From Candidatus Levyibacteriota bacterium (GTDB lineage: Bacteria > Patescibacteriota > Microgenomatia > Levybacterales > UBA12049): a stretch of DNA of 64,000 nucleotides. The stretch is from the NCBI GenBank assembly GCA_027334565.1, contig DAHWUP010000002.1, forward strand, positions 82,240 through 146,239. Direction: 5' to 3'. Made by a program: the position numbers and the translations under genes. The notes under the pieces were generated by a model. It did not search any database and had not been told where the DNA came from. It saw only the letters and a list, made by a program, of their open reading frames with translations. Below are positions 10,481 to 20,969 of this stretch, piece after piece. The number at the start of each line of letters is the position of its first letter. The stretch's first letter is position 1.

Positions 10481-12164
10481 GGTAGTTCTGGTCTTTACTT
10501 CGCAATTCCTCTATTTTATCCAGCTCGTCATCGATGATGATTTTTGCGATCTGTCTCCCTCCGGCCAAATGCGGCAACACCACGTAATCGGCTCCTTCCT
10601 TATAAAGTTGCCTTGCGTCTTTTGCGTCAAGCGCCATCACCACGATTTTTGCGCGCCGATTCTCGTGTTTCAATTCTTTAAGCAGTATCAGATTATCCTG
10701 AAGATCGGGAATGGTTGAAATCACCAGCTTGGCATCATCTATTTTTGCCCGCTGCTGAATGTCCAAATCGGCGATATCCCCAAATAAACGATAAACTTTA
10801 CGACTTTCATATTTTTTGATCATATTAGGATCGAAATCTACGATTATCACCTGCTTATCTTTATCCTCCAAAGCCTCGACGATGCTCTCCCCCATCTGGT
10901 CCCCGCCGATCACAACAACGTGCCCTTTAATGTCATCCAGATTTCCGTCGTTTTCAAAATTTACCTCCTGCTTAACATTTGTTCTCTCCAAAAATCCGAT
11001 GCTCGGAGCGATCTCTCTATATAACGTCTTCCAGTGTGTAATAAAATAGGTCGAGACGGCAAAAGTGATCAACCCTACCATAGTCACCAACGAAACAGTA
11101 TTCTGATCGATGTGGCCCAAACGATATCCCAAAAAGATCATGATAAGCGAGAACTCGGAGATCTGAGACAGCGATACGCCGGTTAAAAACGACGTTCTTT
11201 TCCGATAGCCCAATAATCCGAAAGTCAACATCACTACGATCGGCTTGATAAGAAGAACGAACAATGAAAGAATGATCGCCGGAATTATCACTTCAAAAAT
11301 ATTTGCAAAGGACATCTGTAAACCTAAGAGCACAAAGAAAATGACAATGAAGAAATCACGCAAAACTTTCGCTTTGGCGATAATCTGATAACTCACAATC
11401 GTGTTTGCAAGAGCCAAGCCTGCCAAAAAACCACCGATTTCAATCGAAAACCCGACGTACTTCGAACTGACCAGGGCAGCGAGACCAAACACCCATGCAA
11501 GGCTTGTCAAAAATAAGGCTTCGGGCGAACGGGCCACAAACTCTATAACCCTTGGGAAAACTTTCCGGCTTAGAAAAATTATTCCGGCAAAAAGTAAAGC
11601 AGCCTTAACAGCGATCAAGCCAAAATTTATAAGCGATATGAATCCTCCGGTTTGGAGACTGAATCCCGACAAAAACATCAGCAAAAATATCGCCGCAATG
11701 TCCTGAAATAATAGAATTCCCAACGAAAACTTGGCATGCAAGCTATGCATTTCGCGTTGGTCGGAGAGAAGCTTAACTACGATGATGGTGGAGGAAAAGG
11801 TCAGCGCGGTAGCGATATAAAAACAGGTGATCAAATTGTACCCAAAAATGGCGGTCAGGAAAAAACCGAGCATAAACGTTCCGACTATTTGCGCAATTGA
11901 TGAAAAAAATAGTGTCTTTCCGATCGAAACAAGCTCCGAAATCCTTATCTCCAGTCCGACCATGAATAAAAGCAGCGTTACTCCAAGTTCGGAAAAGCTT
12001 TGTAAAAAATCTTTATTTGGAATACCAAAGATAGGAAAGGCCGCGATCACTATTCCTGTTAAAATATATGCTAAGATTTCGGGTTGACGAAAGAACCTGA
12101 AGATCAAAGAAAAAAATGAAGCGATGACAATGATTACGGTCAAACCCAGGAAAATATTGCCCAT
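10473..12164 (-). CDS. CPA2 cation:proton antiporter with C-terminal TrkA-N/KTN domain (Kef-like)
   Basis: [25 protein letters not shown]...FF, SEFS; C-terminal Rossmann-like domain. Confidence 0.93.
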   Translation of the reverse strand: MGNIFLGLTVIIVIASFFSLIFRFFRQPEILAYILTGIVIAAFPIFGIPNKDFLQSFSELGVTLLLFMVGLEIRISELVSIGKTLFFSSIAQIVGTFMLGFFLTAIFGYNLITCFYIATALTFSSTIIVVKLLSDQREMHSLHAKFSLGILLFQDIAAIFLLMFLSGFSLQTGGFISLINFGLIAVKAALLFAGIIFLSRKVFPRVIEFVARSPEALFLTSLAWVFGLAALVSSKYVGFSIEIGGFLAGLALANTIVSYQIIAKAKVLRDFFIVIFFVLLGLQMSFANIFEVIIPAIILSLFVLLIKPIVVMLTFGLLGYRKRTSFLTGVSLSQISEFSLIMIFLGYRLGHIDQNTVSLVTMVGLITFAVSTYFITHWKTLYREIAPSIGFLERTNVKQEVNFENDGNLDDIKGHVVVIGGDQMGESIVEALEDKDKQVIIVDFDPNMIKKYESRKVYRLFGDIADLDIQQRAKIDDAKLVISTIPDLQDNLILLKELKHENRRAKIVVMALDAKDARQLYKEGADYVVLPHLAGGRQIAKIIIDDELDKIEELRSKDQNYLN

Positions 12165-12222
12165 TACTAATTTTATACAAACTTAATACGAAATAGTCAA
12201 TCGAAAAATTAAAAACTATCGG

Positions 12223-12483
12223 TTAATTTTTGTTGCGGGTCAAACTTTGTCCCTGGGTAATCGCCAAAAGCTTGGACAGTTCGGACGCGAATTTTTTGGC
12301 GTGTTCCCTGCTCATTCCGATCCTTGATACCACTCGTGCACGGTTTGTATTGCCGATCCGTTGCATCACGTCAAAAATCAATCCGTCTTCGTTCGCCATC
12401 ATTGAAATGCTGTCCGTGTAATATATCGGCGTATTCTCGGGATTGATATCGACCGCCATTTCCTGCGGCTTGTTGTCTGCCAT
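12223..12483 (-). CDS. DUF3467-like small protein
   Basis: PIYYTD..., VVSRIGMS.EHAK motif; strong SD GAGGAGGTGA upstream. Confidence 0.7.
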   Translation of the reverse strand: MADNKPQEMAVDINPENTPIYYTDSISMMANEDGLIFDVMQRIGNTNRARVVSRIGMSREHAKKFASELSKLLAITQGQSLTRNKN

Positions 12484-12519
12484 ATTGATCACCTCCTCTG
12501 CTTTTTAAACCAAAATAGG

Positions 12520-13440
12520 CTAAAGATAACTTATTTCTTCCTCCAAGTTGACCCCGAATTTTTGTCTGACTCGTTCCTTGGCAATCCCAATCAACCTACC
12601 AACATCCGATGATTTGGCATTCCCCAAATTTACGATAAAATTCGGATGTTTTGGTGAGACTTGCGCATTACCGACCCTAAGACCTTTCAATTCGCAAAGG
12701 TATAAAAGCTTTGCGACCGGGATTACCGGAAAAGGATCGTCCTTAACGTATTGCATGAGTTTTTCTCTTTGTATATTTGATAACTGAACTACCGGAATGT
12801 TTTTAAAAGTGCTGCCTAAGCTTGGTAAGTCCATCGGGTGTTTTAAATTCCTGTAATCTATCTTTTCCCGAATCGAATTTTCAATCGAGATTTTATCCCC
12901 CGGCTTTAGGCCGAATGCAACCTGAACGATCATCTCATCATAAGCTCTGGTCTTAAAAATACTGCTACGATAGGAAAAGTTGCAACCCTGGTTGCTTCGT
13001 TTAATTGTTTTTAAAGTCTTTAAGTTAACGCATTTTACTTCCAGCACCGAGTCTTTTGTTTCGCCGGAAAAAGCTCCGGCGTTTCCTCTGACCGCTCCTC
13101 CGACCGTACCGGGAAGTCCGCCTGCCCACTCCAATCCCGATAGGCCGTTTTGGATGCAATATTTAAGTAGATCCGAGATCAATACCCCAGCGCCGACGAT
13201 CACCCTGCCGTTTTTGTTCTCAATCCCTTTGATGTGGTCATATATAACCAAACCGTCAAAACCTTTCTCGCCTATCAATACATTGGTAGCCCTCCCTAAA
13301 ATGAAAATCGGCCCTTTTTGACCAAATTCAACCAAACCGTCGGTTAATTCTTTTAATGAATTTACTGCCAAAAAATATTTGGCCGGTCCTCCAATTTGAT
13401 AATTGCTGTAATCCTTCAGCGGCACATTGGTTTGTATCAT
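12520..13440 (-). CDS. murB: UDP-N-acetylmuramate dehydrogenase
   Basis: IGGPA, GLEWAGGLPGTVGGAVRGNAGA, FSYRSS, SLGSTFKN, KHPNFIVN. Confidence 0.96.
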   Translation of the reverse strand: MIQTNVPLKDYSNYQIGGPAKYFLAVNSLKELTDGLVEFGQKGPIFILGRATNVLIGEKGFDGLVIYDHIKGIENKNGRVIVGAGVLISDLLKYCIQNGLSGLEWAGGLPGTVGGAVRGNAGAFSGETKDSVLEVKCVNLKTLKTIKRSNQGCNFSYRSSIFKTRAYDEMIVQVAFGLKPGDKISIENSIREKIDYRNLKHPMDLPSLGSTFKNIPVVQLSNIQREKLMQYVKDDPFPVIPVAKLLYLCELKGLRVGNAQVSPKHPNFIVNLGNAKSSDVGRLIGIAKERVRQKFGVNLEEEISYL

Positions 13441-13491
13441 AACTCTGATTTTAGCATTGACGGTTGCAAATTGGAAATTATCCGAAGAAAA

Positions 13492-14637
13492 TTATTGGTT
13501 GGGTGCTGTTCCTAAGGTTGCCGAAAAATCGACGGTTTTTCCGTTTCTCCAAACTGTTATCGAAATGCGGTCACCAGGTTTTTTCTTAGCGATAATCGTT
13601 GACAATTCGTTGGAAACGTCAACTTGCTGATTGTCGATTTTAATAATAATATCTCCTGTTTGGATACCCGCGCTCTCTGCCGGAGAACCCGAAGATACGT
13701 TGGTAACATACGCACCTTGCACTACTCCGTTTAAAAGCGCAACCTGTTTGGTGAGCATCGTATAGGTTACCCCCAGAAACGGCCTGTTAAACTGTCCTGT
13801 TTGATTGAAGTTAGCGATAGAATCCTTAACAATGTTTATCGGCAGCGTAAACCCGATGTTCTGACCGTTTTGTGCTATAGCGGTATTGATGCCGATGACG
13901 TTTCCTGCAGAATCTACCAGCGGTCCGCCCGAATTCCCCGGATTCAAAGCGGCGTCTGTCTGAATTACGTTATTAAGATTTTCTACATACCCTTGGAATT
14001 GATCTCCGGCCGTTACCGCTCTTCCGATACCGGAGATCACGCCGGTAGTAACGGTATTTCTAAATTCCCCCAAAGCCGTTCCTATCGCTACCACATACTG
14101 TCCGACTTGAAGTTTAGACGAGTCGCCTAAAGACGCAGGCTTCAGCGTCACCCCGGGATTATCGCTTGTACTAATCTTCAGTAGCGCGATATCGTTTAAA
14201 GGATCCCTGTAAACTTTTTGGACTGTATATTTTTGACCCGTACTTAGCACAACGTCATATTGCACACCAACATCGGCAACGACGTGTTTATTGGTAACCA
14301 CCAGTCCGTCAGATGATACTATAAATCCAGATCCCACTCCCGTCACCTGCGGTGTCTGACTTTGCTGTGGCTGTTCCTGCCCGAATCCGAAAATTTGAAA
14401 AGGACCGAAGTTGAACGTATTGGATTGTTGAGGAGTCTGCAATTCTTCAACGGTAACAACCGATGGGCCGATCTTTTTAACGTCCGCTATTGTTACCGAC
14501 TCCTCACTTACCACCTCAACTTTTTCCGGTTGTACCAGCGGATTAAATAATGTGAAATTGGATGCGTATTTGGACAGCTCCGACCCGATTGCGAGCAAAA
14601 CTATCAATACTATTAGAGCCACTATCAATCTTCTCAT
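13492..14637 (-). CDS. htrA: HtrA/DegP-like serine protease with PDZ
   Basis: GSGFIV, TNKHVV, DIALLK, IQTDAALNPGNSGGPL, PDZ; N-terminal TM. Confidence 0.95.
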   Translation of the reverse strand: MRRLIVALIVLIVLLAIGSELSKYASNFTLFNPLVQPEKVEVVSEESVTIADVKKIGPSVVTVEELQTPQQSNTFNFGPFQIFGFGQEQPQQSQTPQVTGVGSGFIVSSDGLVVTNKHVVADVGVQYDVVLSTGQKYTVQKVYRDPLNDIALLKISTSDNPGVTLKPASLGDSSKLQVGQYVVAIGTALGEFRNTVTTGVISGIGRAVTAGDQFQGYVENLNNVIQTDAALNPGNSGGPLVDSAGNVIGINTAIAQNGQNIGFTLPINIVKDSIANFNQTGQFNRPFLGVTYTMLTKQVALLNGVVQGAYVTNVSSGSPAESAGIQTGDIIIKIDNQQVDVSNELSTIIAKKKPGDRISITVWRNGKTVDFSATLGTAPNQ

Positions 14638-14647
14638 AAAATTCCTC

Positions 14648-15949
14648 CTATTTTATCAATACCCAAACTGCTTTTTCAAGCTGAGTGTCCACCGCCGGCT
14701 GCTTTGGATCCAAAGAAACCGTGTAGTCCGGCGTCAGCCCTACTTTATTAACCCAGGTACCGTTAGGTGTAAGCCATTTGGCAATGGTTACATGTAATCC
14801 TGCCCCGTCCCCCATATCCAGTGCTTCCTGGACCGTTCCTTTACCGAACGATTTTTCCCCCACCAACGCAAGTACACGATGATTATCCCTTAACGCTCCT
14901 GAAACGATTTCCGAAGCCGAGGCGCTTCCACCGTTAATTAACACAACCAATTTAATATTCGGATCGGTCAATAAACCCTGCCTTTGAACCGTCAGGGTAC
15001 AATCCTGTCCGGCCGGACAAGGCGCTTCGCTGACTACCGTTGTTCCTTGCGGCAGAAATTCCGAAGCGATAAACTGTGCGTCGGTCAGATAGCCTCCTGG
15101 GTTATTTCTCAAATCCAAAACGATACCTTTGATACTTTTATCGGATTTTATTTGTTTGACGATACCCGGAATCAATTTTTCCCAGTCCTTATTGGTATTA
15201 TCGCCGAATTCCGAAAGCCTTAAGTATGCATACTTTACGCAATCTGACTTGGTACACGAGTCGCCTTTGGGAATCAAATTCGTGCAACCGCCGGTAGGCG
15301 TACATTCCGCGCTTAAAATAGCCATTGCTACGCTTGAAACGGTAATAACATCCCTGGTAATCTTTATGCTGACAGTTTTATTATCCATTTTATGGATTAC
15401 CGTCAACGTAACGACCGTTCCCTTCGGGCCCCTGATCTTATCTGTAGCCTGAGCCAGGGTCCATCCTGCAATCGATTGACCGTCCACCGCAGTGATGATA
15501 TCACCCGTTTTGATACCGGCTTTTTCCGCCGGACTACCATCCAAAGGGGCGATAATAACGATATCTTTACCCTGACTACCCAACTCGGCTCCGATACCGG
15601 AAAACTGACCCGCCAGACCCTGCTTGAAGTTGGTATTTTGTACGGGCGGAAGATACATTGTAAACGGATCTCCCAAAGAATTTACCATTCCTTCGATCGC
15701 GCCGTTTAACATGTTCTGTTCGTCGAGTTTCGATTTATCGTAATAATTCTCTTCCAGTCTCTGCCAAACCGCCCAAAACTGAGAAAAATCGATATTGATC
15801 AAGCCCGGAGGCGGTTCCTGACTGGCAACATTTAGGGTAGGCTGATAATTTTTCCAGTCTAAGTTGACTTTGTTTACCCCGAAATAATAACCTGCGAAAA
15901 AAGTAATGGCAACCAATAGCAAAACCTGAATCACCCGACTTCTTTTCAT
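14648..15949 (-). CDS. ctpA: S41 carboxyl-terminal processing protease
   Basis: LGDPFT, GIG + PDZ, DLRNNPGG, SASASE, FGKG.VQ. Confidence 0.95.
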   Translation of the reverse strand: MKRSRVIQVLLLVAITFFAGYYFGVNKVNLDWKNYQPTLNVASQEPPPGLINIDFSQFWAVWQRLEENYYDKSKLDEQNMLNGAIEGMVNSLGDPFTMYLPPVQNTNFKQGLAGQFSGIGAELGSQGKDIVIIAPLDGSPAEKAGIKTGDIITAVDGQSIAGWTLAQATDKIRGPKGTVVTLTVIHKMDNKTVSIKITRDVITVSSVAMAILSAECTPTGGCTNLIPKGDSCTKSDCVKYAYLRLSEFGDNTNKDWEKLIPGIVKQIKSDKSIKGIVLDLRNNPGGYLTDAQFIASEFLPQGTTVVSEAPCPAGQDCTLTVQRQGLLTDPNIKLVVLINGGSASASEIVSGALRDNHRVLALVGEKSFGKGTVQEALDMGDGAGLHVTIAKWLTPNGTWVNKVGLTPDYTVSLDPKQPAVDTQLEKAVWVLIK

Positions 15950-16033
15950 AATAATTTTCTAATTATGCCAGAAATATTTTTCCCAGGCAACAGTTAATAT
16001 ATTAATAAATCCTAAGTTTTTGCTGAGAATACA

Positions 16034-16282
16034 TTATACCTTAGCGGTGAACGGAAGCAGTCCCAAATGTCTGGCGTGTTTGATCTTAAGCGTAACTTCT
16101 TTTTGGTGTTTAGAACAAAGCCCGCTTCGAAGCCTTGAGATGATTTTTGCCCTATCCGTCATAAATCGCGATAAGGTAGCTGCGTCCTCGAAGGTCGGCT
16201 CCTTTTTTTCACTGCAGAAAAAGCATTTCTTGGGAGCGTTCGTTTTTCCGGTTTTTCTGATGATTCGTTTTTTCTTCGGCAT
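16034..16282 (-). CDS. rpsR: 30S ribosomal protein S18
   Basis: CFFC, KI..R..SGLC.KHQ, IK.AR..GLLPF; rpsF-ssb-rpsR order. Confidence 0.97.
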   Translation of the reverse strand: MPKKKRIIRKTGKTNAPKKCFFCSEKKEPTFEDAATLSRFMTDRAKIISRLRSGLCSKHQKEVTLKIKHARHLGLLPFTAKV

Positions 16283-16286
16283 AATC

Positions 16287-16787
16287 TTAGAACGGGATAT
16301 CGTCGGGGACTATTTCATCCTCTTTCTGGGTTTCCGGTTCCTCTTGTTTTTTAGATTTTGCCGGTGTCTTTTTCTCGGTTTTTTCTTCCGGTTGTTCTCC
16401 CTGCGGTTCTTCAATTTCTTCCTCTTCTTCTGTTCGGGCCTCTTCTCCGTTTCGTCTGGAATCCAAAAGTATCATGTCGGAGATGATGATTTCCGTGGTT
16501 TGTTTTTGAGTTCCGTCCTGAGCGGTCCAGTTTCTGGTAGTCAATCTTCCTTCAACGTATACCTTTCTTCCTTTGGTCAAAAACTGCGAACAAAGTTCTG
16601 CCAATTTGTTCCAAGCAACGATCCTGTGGAATTCCACTTCCTCTTTTTTTTCACCGGAATCCGTGGTCCAGTTTCGGTTGGTCGCAATCGAGAAACTGCA
16701 GACCGCCGTTCCCGATGGCGTATATCTTAACTCAGGGTCTCTGGTTAAATTTCCGATAAGCTGAACTCTGTTTAAACTTCTTGCCAT
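16287..16787 (-). CDS. ssb: Single-stranded DNA-binding protein
   Basis: LNRVQLIGNLTRDPELRYT, acidic tail ending DDIPF. Confidence 0.98.
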   Translation of the reverse strand: MARSLNRVQLIGNLTRDPELRYTPSGTAVCSFSIATNRNWTTDSGEKKEEVEFHRIVAWNKLAELCSQFLTKGRKVYVEGRLTTRNWTAQDGTQKQTTEIIISDMILLDSRRNGEEARTEEEEEIEEPQGEQPEEKTEKKTPAKSKKQEEPETQKEDEIVPDDIPF

Positions 16788-16788
16788 A

Positions 16789-17067
16789 TTATTTTTGTCT
16801 TAACAAAAGATGTCTTAATACTTCATCCTGCGTAAGTAATTTTTTTTCAAAATCCTTGGTTAGGACATCCTTGAGTTCAAAAACGTAATTGACAAAAAAA
16901 CCGCTTTCCTGTCTTTTGATCGCATAAGCCAACTGCTTTTCTCCCCATTCCTCTTCTTTGGTAAATTTGGCTCCCTTAAGCCACGATTTTACGGACTCCA
17001 AAATCTTTTTTCTGCTTGCTTCGGAAAGCGAATTTTTCAAAACCAATACCAATTGATAATTCTTCAT
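16789..17067 (-). CDS. rpsF: 30S ribosomal protein S6
   Basis: WG.KQLAY.I, VLRHLL; upstream of ssb. Confidence 0.95.
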   Translation of the reverse strand: MKNYQLVLVLKNSLSEASRKKILESVKSWLKGAKFTKEEEWGEKQLAYAIKRQESGFFVNYVFELKDVLTKDFEKKLLTQDEVLRHLLLRQK

Positions 17068-17173
17068 TTAATCTCGTCTTCATTTTACAATATGACTTTC
17101 TTTAAAGCAAGAATTAAGTTGGCTTACTTTTTTGCCGTCTTAAAGAAAAATCTGGAAAAATGGAAATCGACCA

Positions 17174-17524
17174 CTACTCGGCGATGGAAGCAAGACTGTC
17201 CCGAACTAGATTATCATACTGAAGATGCACTCCGCCGGCGTTTCTTCTGAACGTTTCCCAATCGGTAATTCCTTTAATCGCACTACCGCTGCTCACCAAT
17301 TCCTCAAATGCCAGAGTCGCAGTAAGATACGCATTGCAGGTAATATCCAAAAACCCTCCGCCCGTCCTTACCAATCTCATCGCCGCCACCTGCTCGCCCA
17401 AAGGATTTATCTGCGTTATTATACCTCCGGATATCTTTATTTCTCCCCGGCTTAAAAAACTTGCCAATTCGTAAGGGGTCACTTTGTCCGGACCGGTTAT
17501 TTTGCTTCTTTCGATATCACTCAC
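17174..17524 (-). CDS. Hypothetical protein (ORFan)
   Basis: 116-aa frame with TGCTATAAT shortly upstream of GTG. Confidence 0.55.
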   Translation of the reverse strand: MSDIERSKITGPDKVTPYELASFLSRGEIKISGGIITQINPLGEQVAAMRLVRTGGGFLDITCNAYLTATLAFEELVSSGSAIKGITDWETFRRNAGGVHLQYDNLVRDSLASIAE

Positions 17525-17662
17525 AGCAATCGGAATTATAGCACAGTAGATTTTAAGGGTAAAATATTACTAATAAAAGCTTTTTAACCCGATTTGGCTA
17601 ACCTTAGGGATTTTGAAAATTCCGTAAATAGTGGTAGAATCTATCCTAATAACCAAAAACCT

Positions 17663-19096
17663 ATGACACAGGTTGAGGCAAGACATTCACCGGTTCAACC
17701 GGGTATTTCTACCCGAAGAGAAATGCTGCCCCCATCACCCGATCCCGCTATTCGGAAACTTCACCAATTGACGGATACTGAAGATACTAAATTATTCGGT
17801 TTTTTAAATGACCTTGAAACAAGCGAAGATCCGGCTGTAGAAGCCGTGTATGGTGCCGGAAACGGATATACGGACCGGTTGGCTAAAGTACAATCGAATA
17901 ACGACGGGGCCTTCTACCTATCGGTTCCGGGATCTTCCTCGGGCGAAGGTAGGGATTATGTCCTCGTTCAAGTTAACACCTGGGCGGCCAAAGAACGGTC
18001 GGTAAATCCTCACAAAGGGATATTGAACGAAGACTCACCTTTTATAGCGCCGTTTGGGGAAGGAAGGCTTTTGGCAGCCGTTTTCGACGGCGCGAGCAGC
18101 CGAAGACCTATTCCGGGTCTTTACGAATACGGAGTTTCTGGCGCCTGGTACATCGCCCATCTCGCTTCGCTTGGATTCCCCAATACTAAAGAATATCTGG
18201 ATTTAAAAGCAAACCCCAACACGTCTGCCGAAGAAGTAATGAAAACGTTAAATACCTGGCTTAAAGAGCGGCTTCGGGGAGTGGAAGGAGTCTCTTATGA
18301 TGACGTGATTTATATTCCCGGAATGGCTGCAACCATGGTTTTAATCGATTACCAAAAAGACGAAATCAGCCTCGCCCATGTCGCCGATACCCTGGCCGTA
18401 GCCGAATATGACAGTAGCTTTTCGGTCTTAACCGACGATAAAAATTTCCAGTGGGACGAGATGAAGCGAAGGCTTGAAGATTCAATCGTTAACGAAGAGC
18501 TTGCTAACGGCCGTTATGCTACCAGGGTAACCGTAAAGGATGATCCCAGGATCAAAGGTCTTTTGGAACAAAGTTACCGTGCCAAGATCAATTCCCATCC
18601 GTTCGGCACGGGAATCTTAAACGGTCAACCCGAATTGGTTGGAAACGGACTAATTTACACAGACACCGTTCCTATCCCTAATGACCGGGGACTTAAATTG
18701 CACCTTGTCTCAGATGGCGTTTATTCGATTTGGATGGGTCGGGAGGATCAACCGGATCTTGGTTCGGGCGTGAGGAAATTGCTCGGCGCTTTGGACAATC
18801 CGTCGGTCAACCCGCGCAACGTCCTGTCCGAAATCGATATCAGAGTAAGCCTTGACCCCGACGGGGCGATTTTAGGAAGAAGTAACGACGACTCAAGCCG
18901 AGTATCCATTCAGGTCAAAAAAGGAACGGACAGCGAGGCTGCCACGGAATTCCGTAATACAAACAGAAGGTTGCTAATTCAAGATTCCGCGGAAATCGCC
19001 CGTGCGCAGGTGATCCGTGACGCCGAAAAGCAGCAACCACATCTGCCGTCAATCAAAACCGGACCGCTGGAATATATGGGCATGAGCGGAAAATAA
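17663..19096 (+). CDS. PP2C/PPM-like metallophosphatase-domain protein, divergent
   Basis: LNED, AAVFDG, AHVADT, LVSDG, DDSS motifs in PPM order; ATG 17663 preferred. Confidence 0.72.
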   Translation: MTQVEARHSPVQPGISTRREMLPPSPDPAIRKLHQLTDTEDTKLFGFLNDLETSEDPAVEAVYGAGNGYTDRLAKVQSNNDGAFYLSVPGSSSGEGRDYVLVQVNTWAAKERSVNPHKGILNEDSPFIAPFGEGRLLAAVFDGASSRRPIPGLYEYGVSGAWYIAHLASLGFPNTKEYLDLKANPNTSAEEVMKTLNTWLKERLRGVEGVSYDDVIYIPGMAATMVLIDYQKDEISLAHVADTLAVAEYDSSFSVLTDDKNFQWDEMKRRLEDSIVNEELANGRYATRVTVKDDPRIKGLLEQSYRAKINSHPFGTGILNGQPELVGNGLIYTDTVPIPNDRGLKLHLVSDGVYSIWMGREDQPDLGSGVRKLLGALDNPSVNPRNVLSEIDIRVSLDPDGAILGRSNDDSSRVSIQVKKGTDSEAATEFRNTNRRLLIQDSAEIARAQVIRDAEKQQPHLPSIKTGPLEYMGMSGK

Positions 19097-19117
19097 GGCG
19101 AAAGCTAAAAGTTTATT

Positions 19118-20185
19118 TTATGCTCCGATTTTAAATTCGACCACATCACCGTCCCTCATGACATAATCCCTTCCTTCAAACCTTGTCCTTCCGTTTTCGC
19201 GTGAAACTTTCCAACCCCCGTTTTCTACAAAATCCCGATAAGAAACAACCTCCGCCTTGATGAATTTTTTGATAAAGTCGGTATGAATGGTCCCGGCCGC
19301 ATCCGCAGCCGAAGTTCCCTTCCTGATGGTCCAGGCACGCACCTCCTTTTCCCCCGCCGTAAGAAAAGATATCAGATCCAAAATTTTATAACCTTCTTTG
19401 ATAACTTTCTCAAGACCGGATTCATCGACACCCAATTCTTTGAGATATTCTTTTTGCTCCTCTTGCGAAAGCTCGGAAAGTTCCGACTCGATTTTGGCAC
19501 ATACGGGTATCGTTTCGGGACCGAGATCTTTATCAAGATCCGTCTCGTCGACATTAGCGATGGTAAACATCGGTTTTGCGGTTAATAGTTGAAGTTGTTT
19601 TGCCGCTTCTTTTTCCTCGTTTGACAACCCTACTTCCCTTACCAGCTTTCCCTGATTCAATGCTGCGGTTAATTTTCGGACCGCCGACCACCTGGATAAA
19701 TCTTCTTTGCTCGCATTACGTTTGGGCTCCTGCTGTCTATTAAGTGTTTCAAGATCTGCAAGGATTAGTTCGGTATTTACAACCTCAAAGTCTGATTTAG
19801 GATCTTGGGAGCTTTCGTGCCGCAACACATTTTCGTCTTTAAAGTATCTGACAACCTGGGCTATCGCATCGCATTCACGAATGTGTGACAGGAATTTATT
19901 ACCCAAACCCTGCCCCTGTGCCGCTCCTTTGACCAAACCGGCGATATCCACAAAAGAAACCGTCGCGTAAATAATCGGCGGAGCAACCGTCATTTTGTGT
20001 TCATTTTGAGTTATTTGGCTAAGTTTTATAAGCCTTTCGTCGGGCACAGGAACAATTCCTATGTTCGGTTCTATGGTTGCGAACGGATAATTTGCGACAA
20101 ACGCCTGTTGTTTCTTTAAAAGCGCGTTGAAAAGTGTCGATTTCCCGACATTAGGCAAACCGATTATTCCGATACTTAAGTTCAT
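19118..20185 (-). CDS. ychF: Redox-regulated ATPase YchF
   Basis: GLPNVGKSTLFN, NYPFATIEPN, DIAGLVKGA, TGS-domain IHTDF, DGDVV.F. Confidence 0.98.
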   Translation of the reverse strand: MNLSIGIIGLPNVGKSTLFNALLKKQQAFVANYPFATIEPNIGIVPVPDERLIKLSQITQNEHKMTVAPPIIYATVSFVDIAGLVKGAAQGQGLGNKFLSHIRECDAIAQVVRYFKDENVLRHESSQDPKSDFEVVNTELILADLETLNRQQEPKRNASKEDLSRWSAVRKLTAALNQGKLVREVGLSNEEKEAAKQLQLLTAKPMFTIANVDETDLDKDLGPETIPVCAKIESELSELSQEEQKEYLKELGVDESGLEKVIKEGYKILDLISFLTAGEKEVRAWTIRKGTSAADAAGTIHTDFIKKFIKAEVVSYRDFVENGGWKVSRENGRTRFEGRDYVMRDGDVVEFKIGA

Positions 20186-20272
20186 AATTACACTAATTAT
20201 AATATTAATAAAACATTAAGAATGTATTGACGGCTAAAACTAATTAAAAAGACCATATTCTAAAACAATCCA

Positions 20273-20863
20273 TTATTTTTGTAATGCGGAAATAATTTCA
20301 GCTGTTTTTCTGACACGACCAATCCGGGGAAAAATACGGGCGATTGCAAATTCGTGATCGGACTTTGCCCGCGCGGCCATTGCATCCTCGGCAAAAATTA
20401 AACTATACCCTCTTTCATAAGCATCTCTCGCCGTCGACTCGACTCCATAGTTGGTTGAGATCCCACCCAAAACTATCGTTTTAATTTCTCTTCTTCTTAA
20501 TTCCAGGTCAAGTTCAGTTCCATAAAATGCTCCCCATTGGCGTTTGGTAATTAAAAGGTCATTCTCTTTTAGGGAAAGCTCCGGAACAATTTCCGACCAA
20601 TTCTTCGGCCTTTCCCCACCCCACTGCATTTTTTCATCAGTCTCCGGATGAAGCATATCTTTTCCGTCAGCTGACCCGTTTACGTGAACCAAACATACCT
20701 GCATTTTGGCCTCATGAAAAGCCTTGGTGAGTTTTTGCGCGTTAGCAATCACTTCAGCCGGCGTTGATGGTTCGGACATCATTGAAGTAATACCAATCTG
20801 AAGATCAATCAATACCAAAGCCGTCTCTTCGGGTTTAATTTTTAAAATCTTATTCACATTCAT
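20273..20863 (-). CDS. Isochorismatase-family hydrolase
   Basis: LVLIDLQ, KRQWGAFYGT.L, GISTNYGVESTARDA. Confidence 0.93.
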   Translation of the reverse strand: MNVNKILKIKPEETALVLIDLQIGITSMMSEPSTPAEVIANAQKLTKAFHEAKMQVCLVHVNGSADGKDMLHPETDEKMQWGGERPKNWSEIVPELSLKENDLLITKRQWGAFYGTELDLELRRREIKTIVLGGISTNYGVESTARDAYERGYSLIFAEDAMAARAKSDHEFAIARIFPRIGRVRKTAEIISALQK

Positions 20864-20969
20864 ATAATATTATATAACAACATAAATATATTTTCCGTCA
20901 TTATTTTTTAAATCACATTAACAAACCCTTGCTCAAATTCGATTAGCATAATATTGCTATAATAAGACC

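Noticed and set aside
16020-16730. 236-aa plus-strand ORF
   Set aside because: Antisense shadow of rpsR and ssb; its F/L richness mirrors their K/E codons
19193-19208. parS-like palindrome in ychF
   Set aside because: About four mismatches to TGTTTCACGTGAAACA, inside a coding region and far from the ParB-like gene
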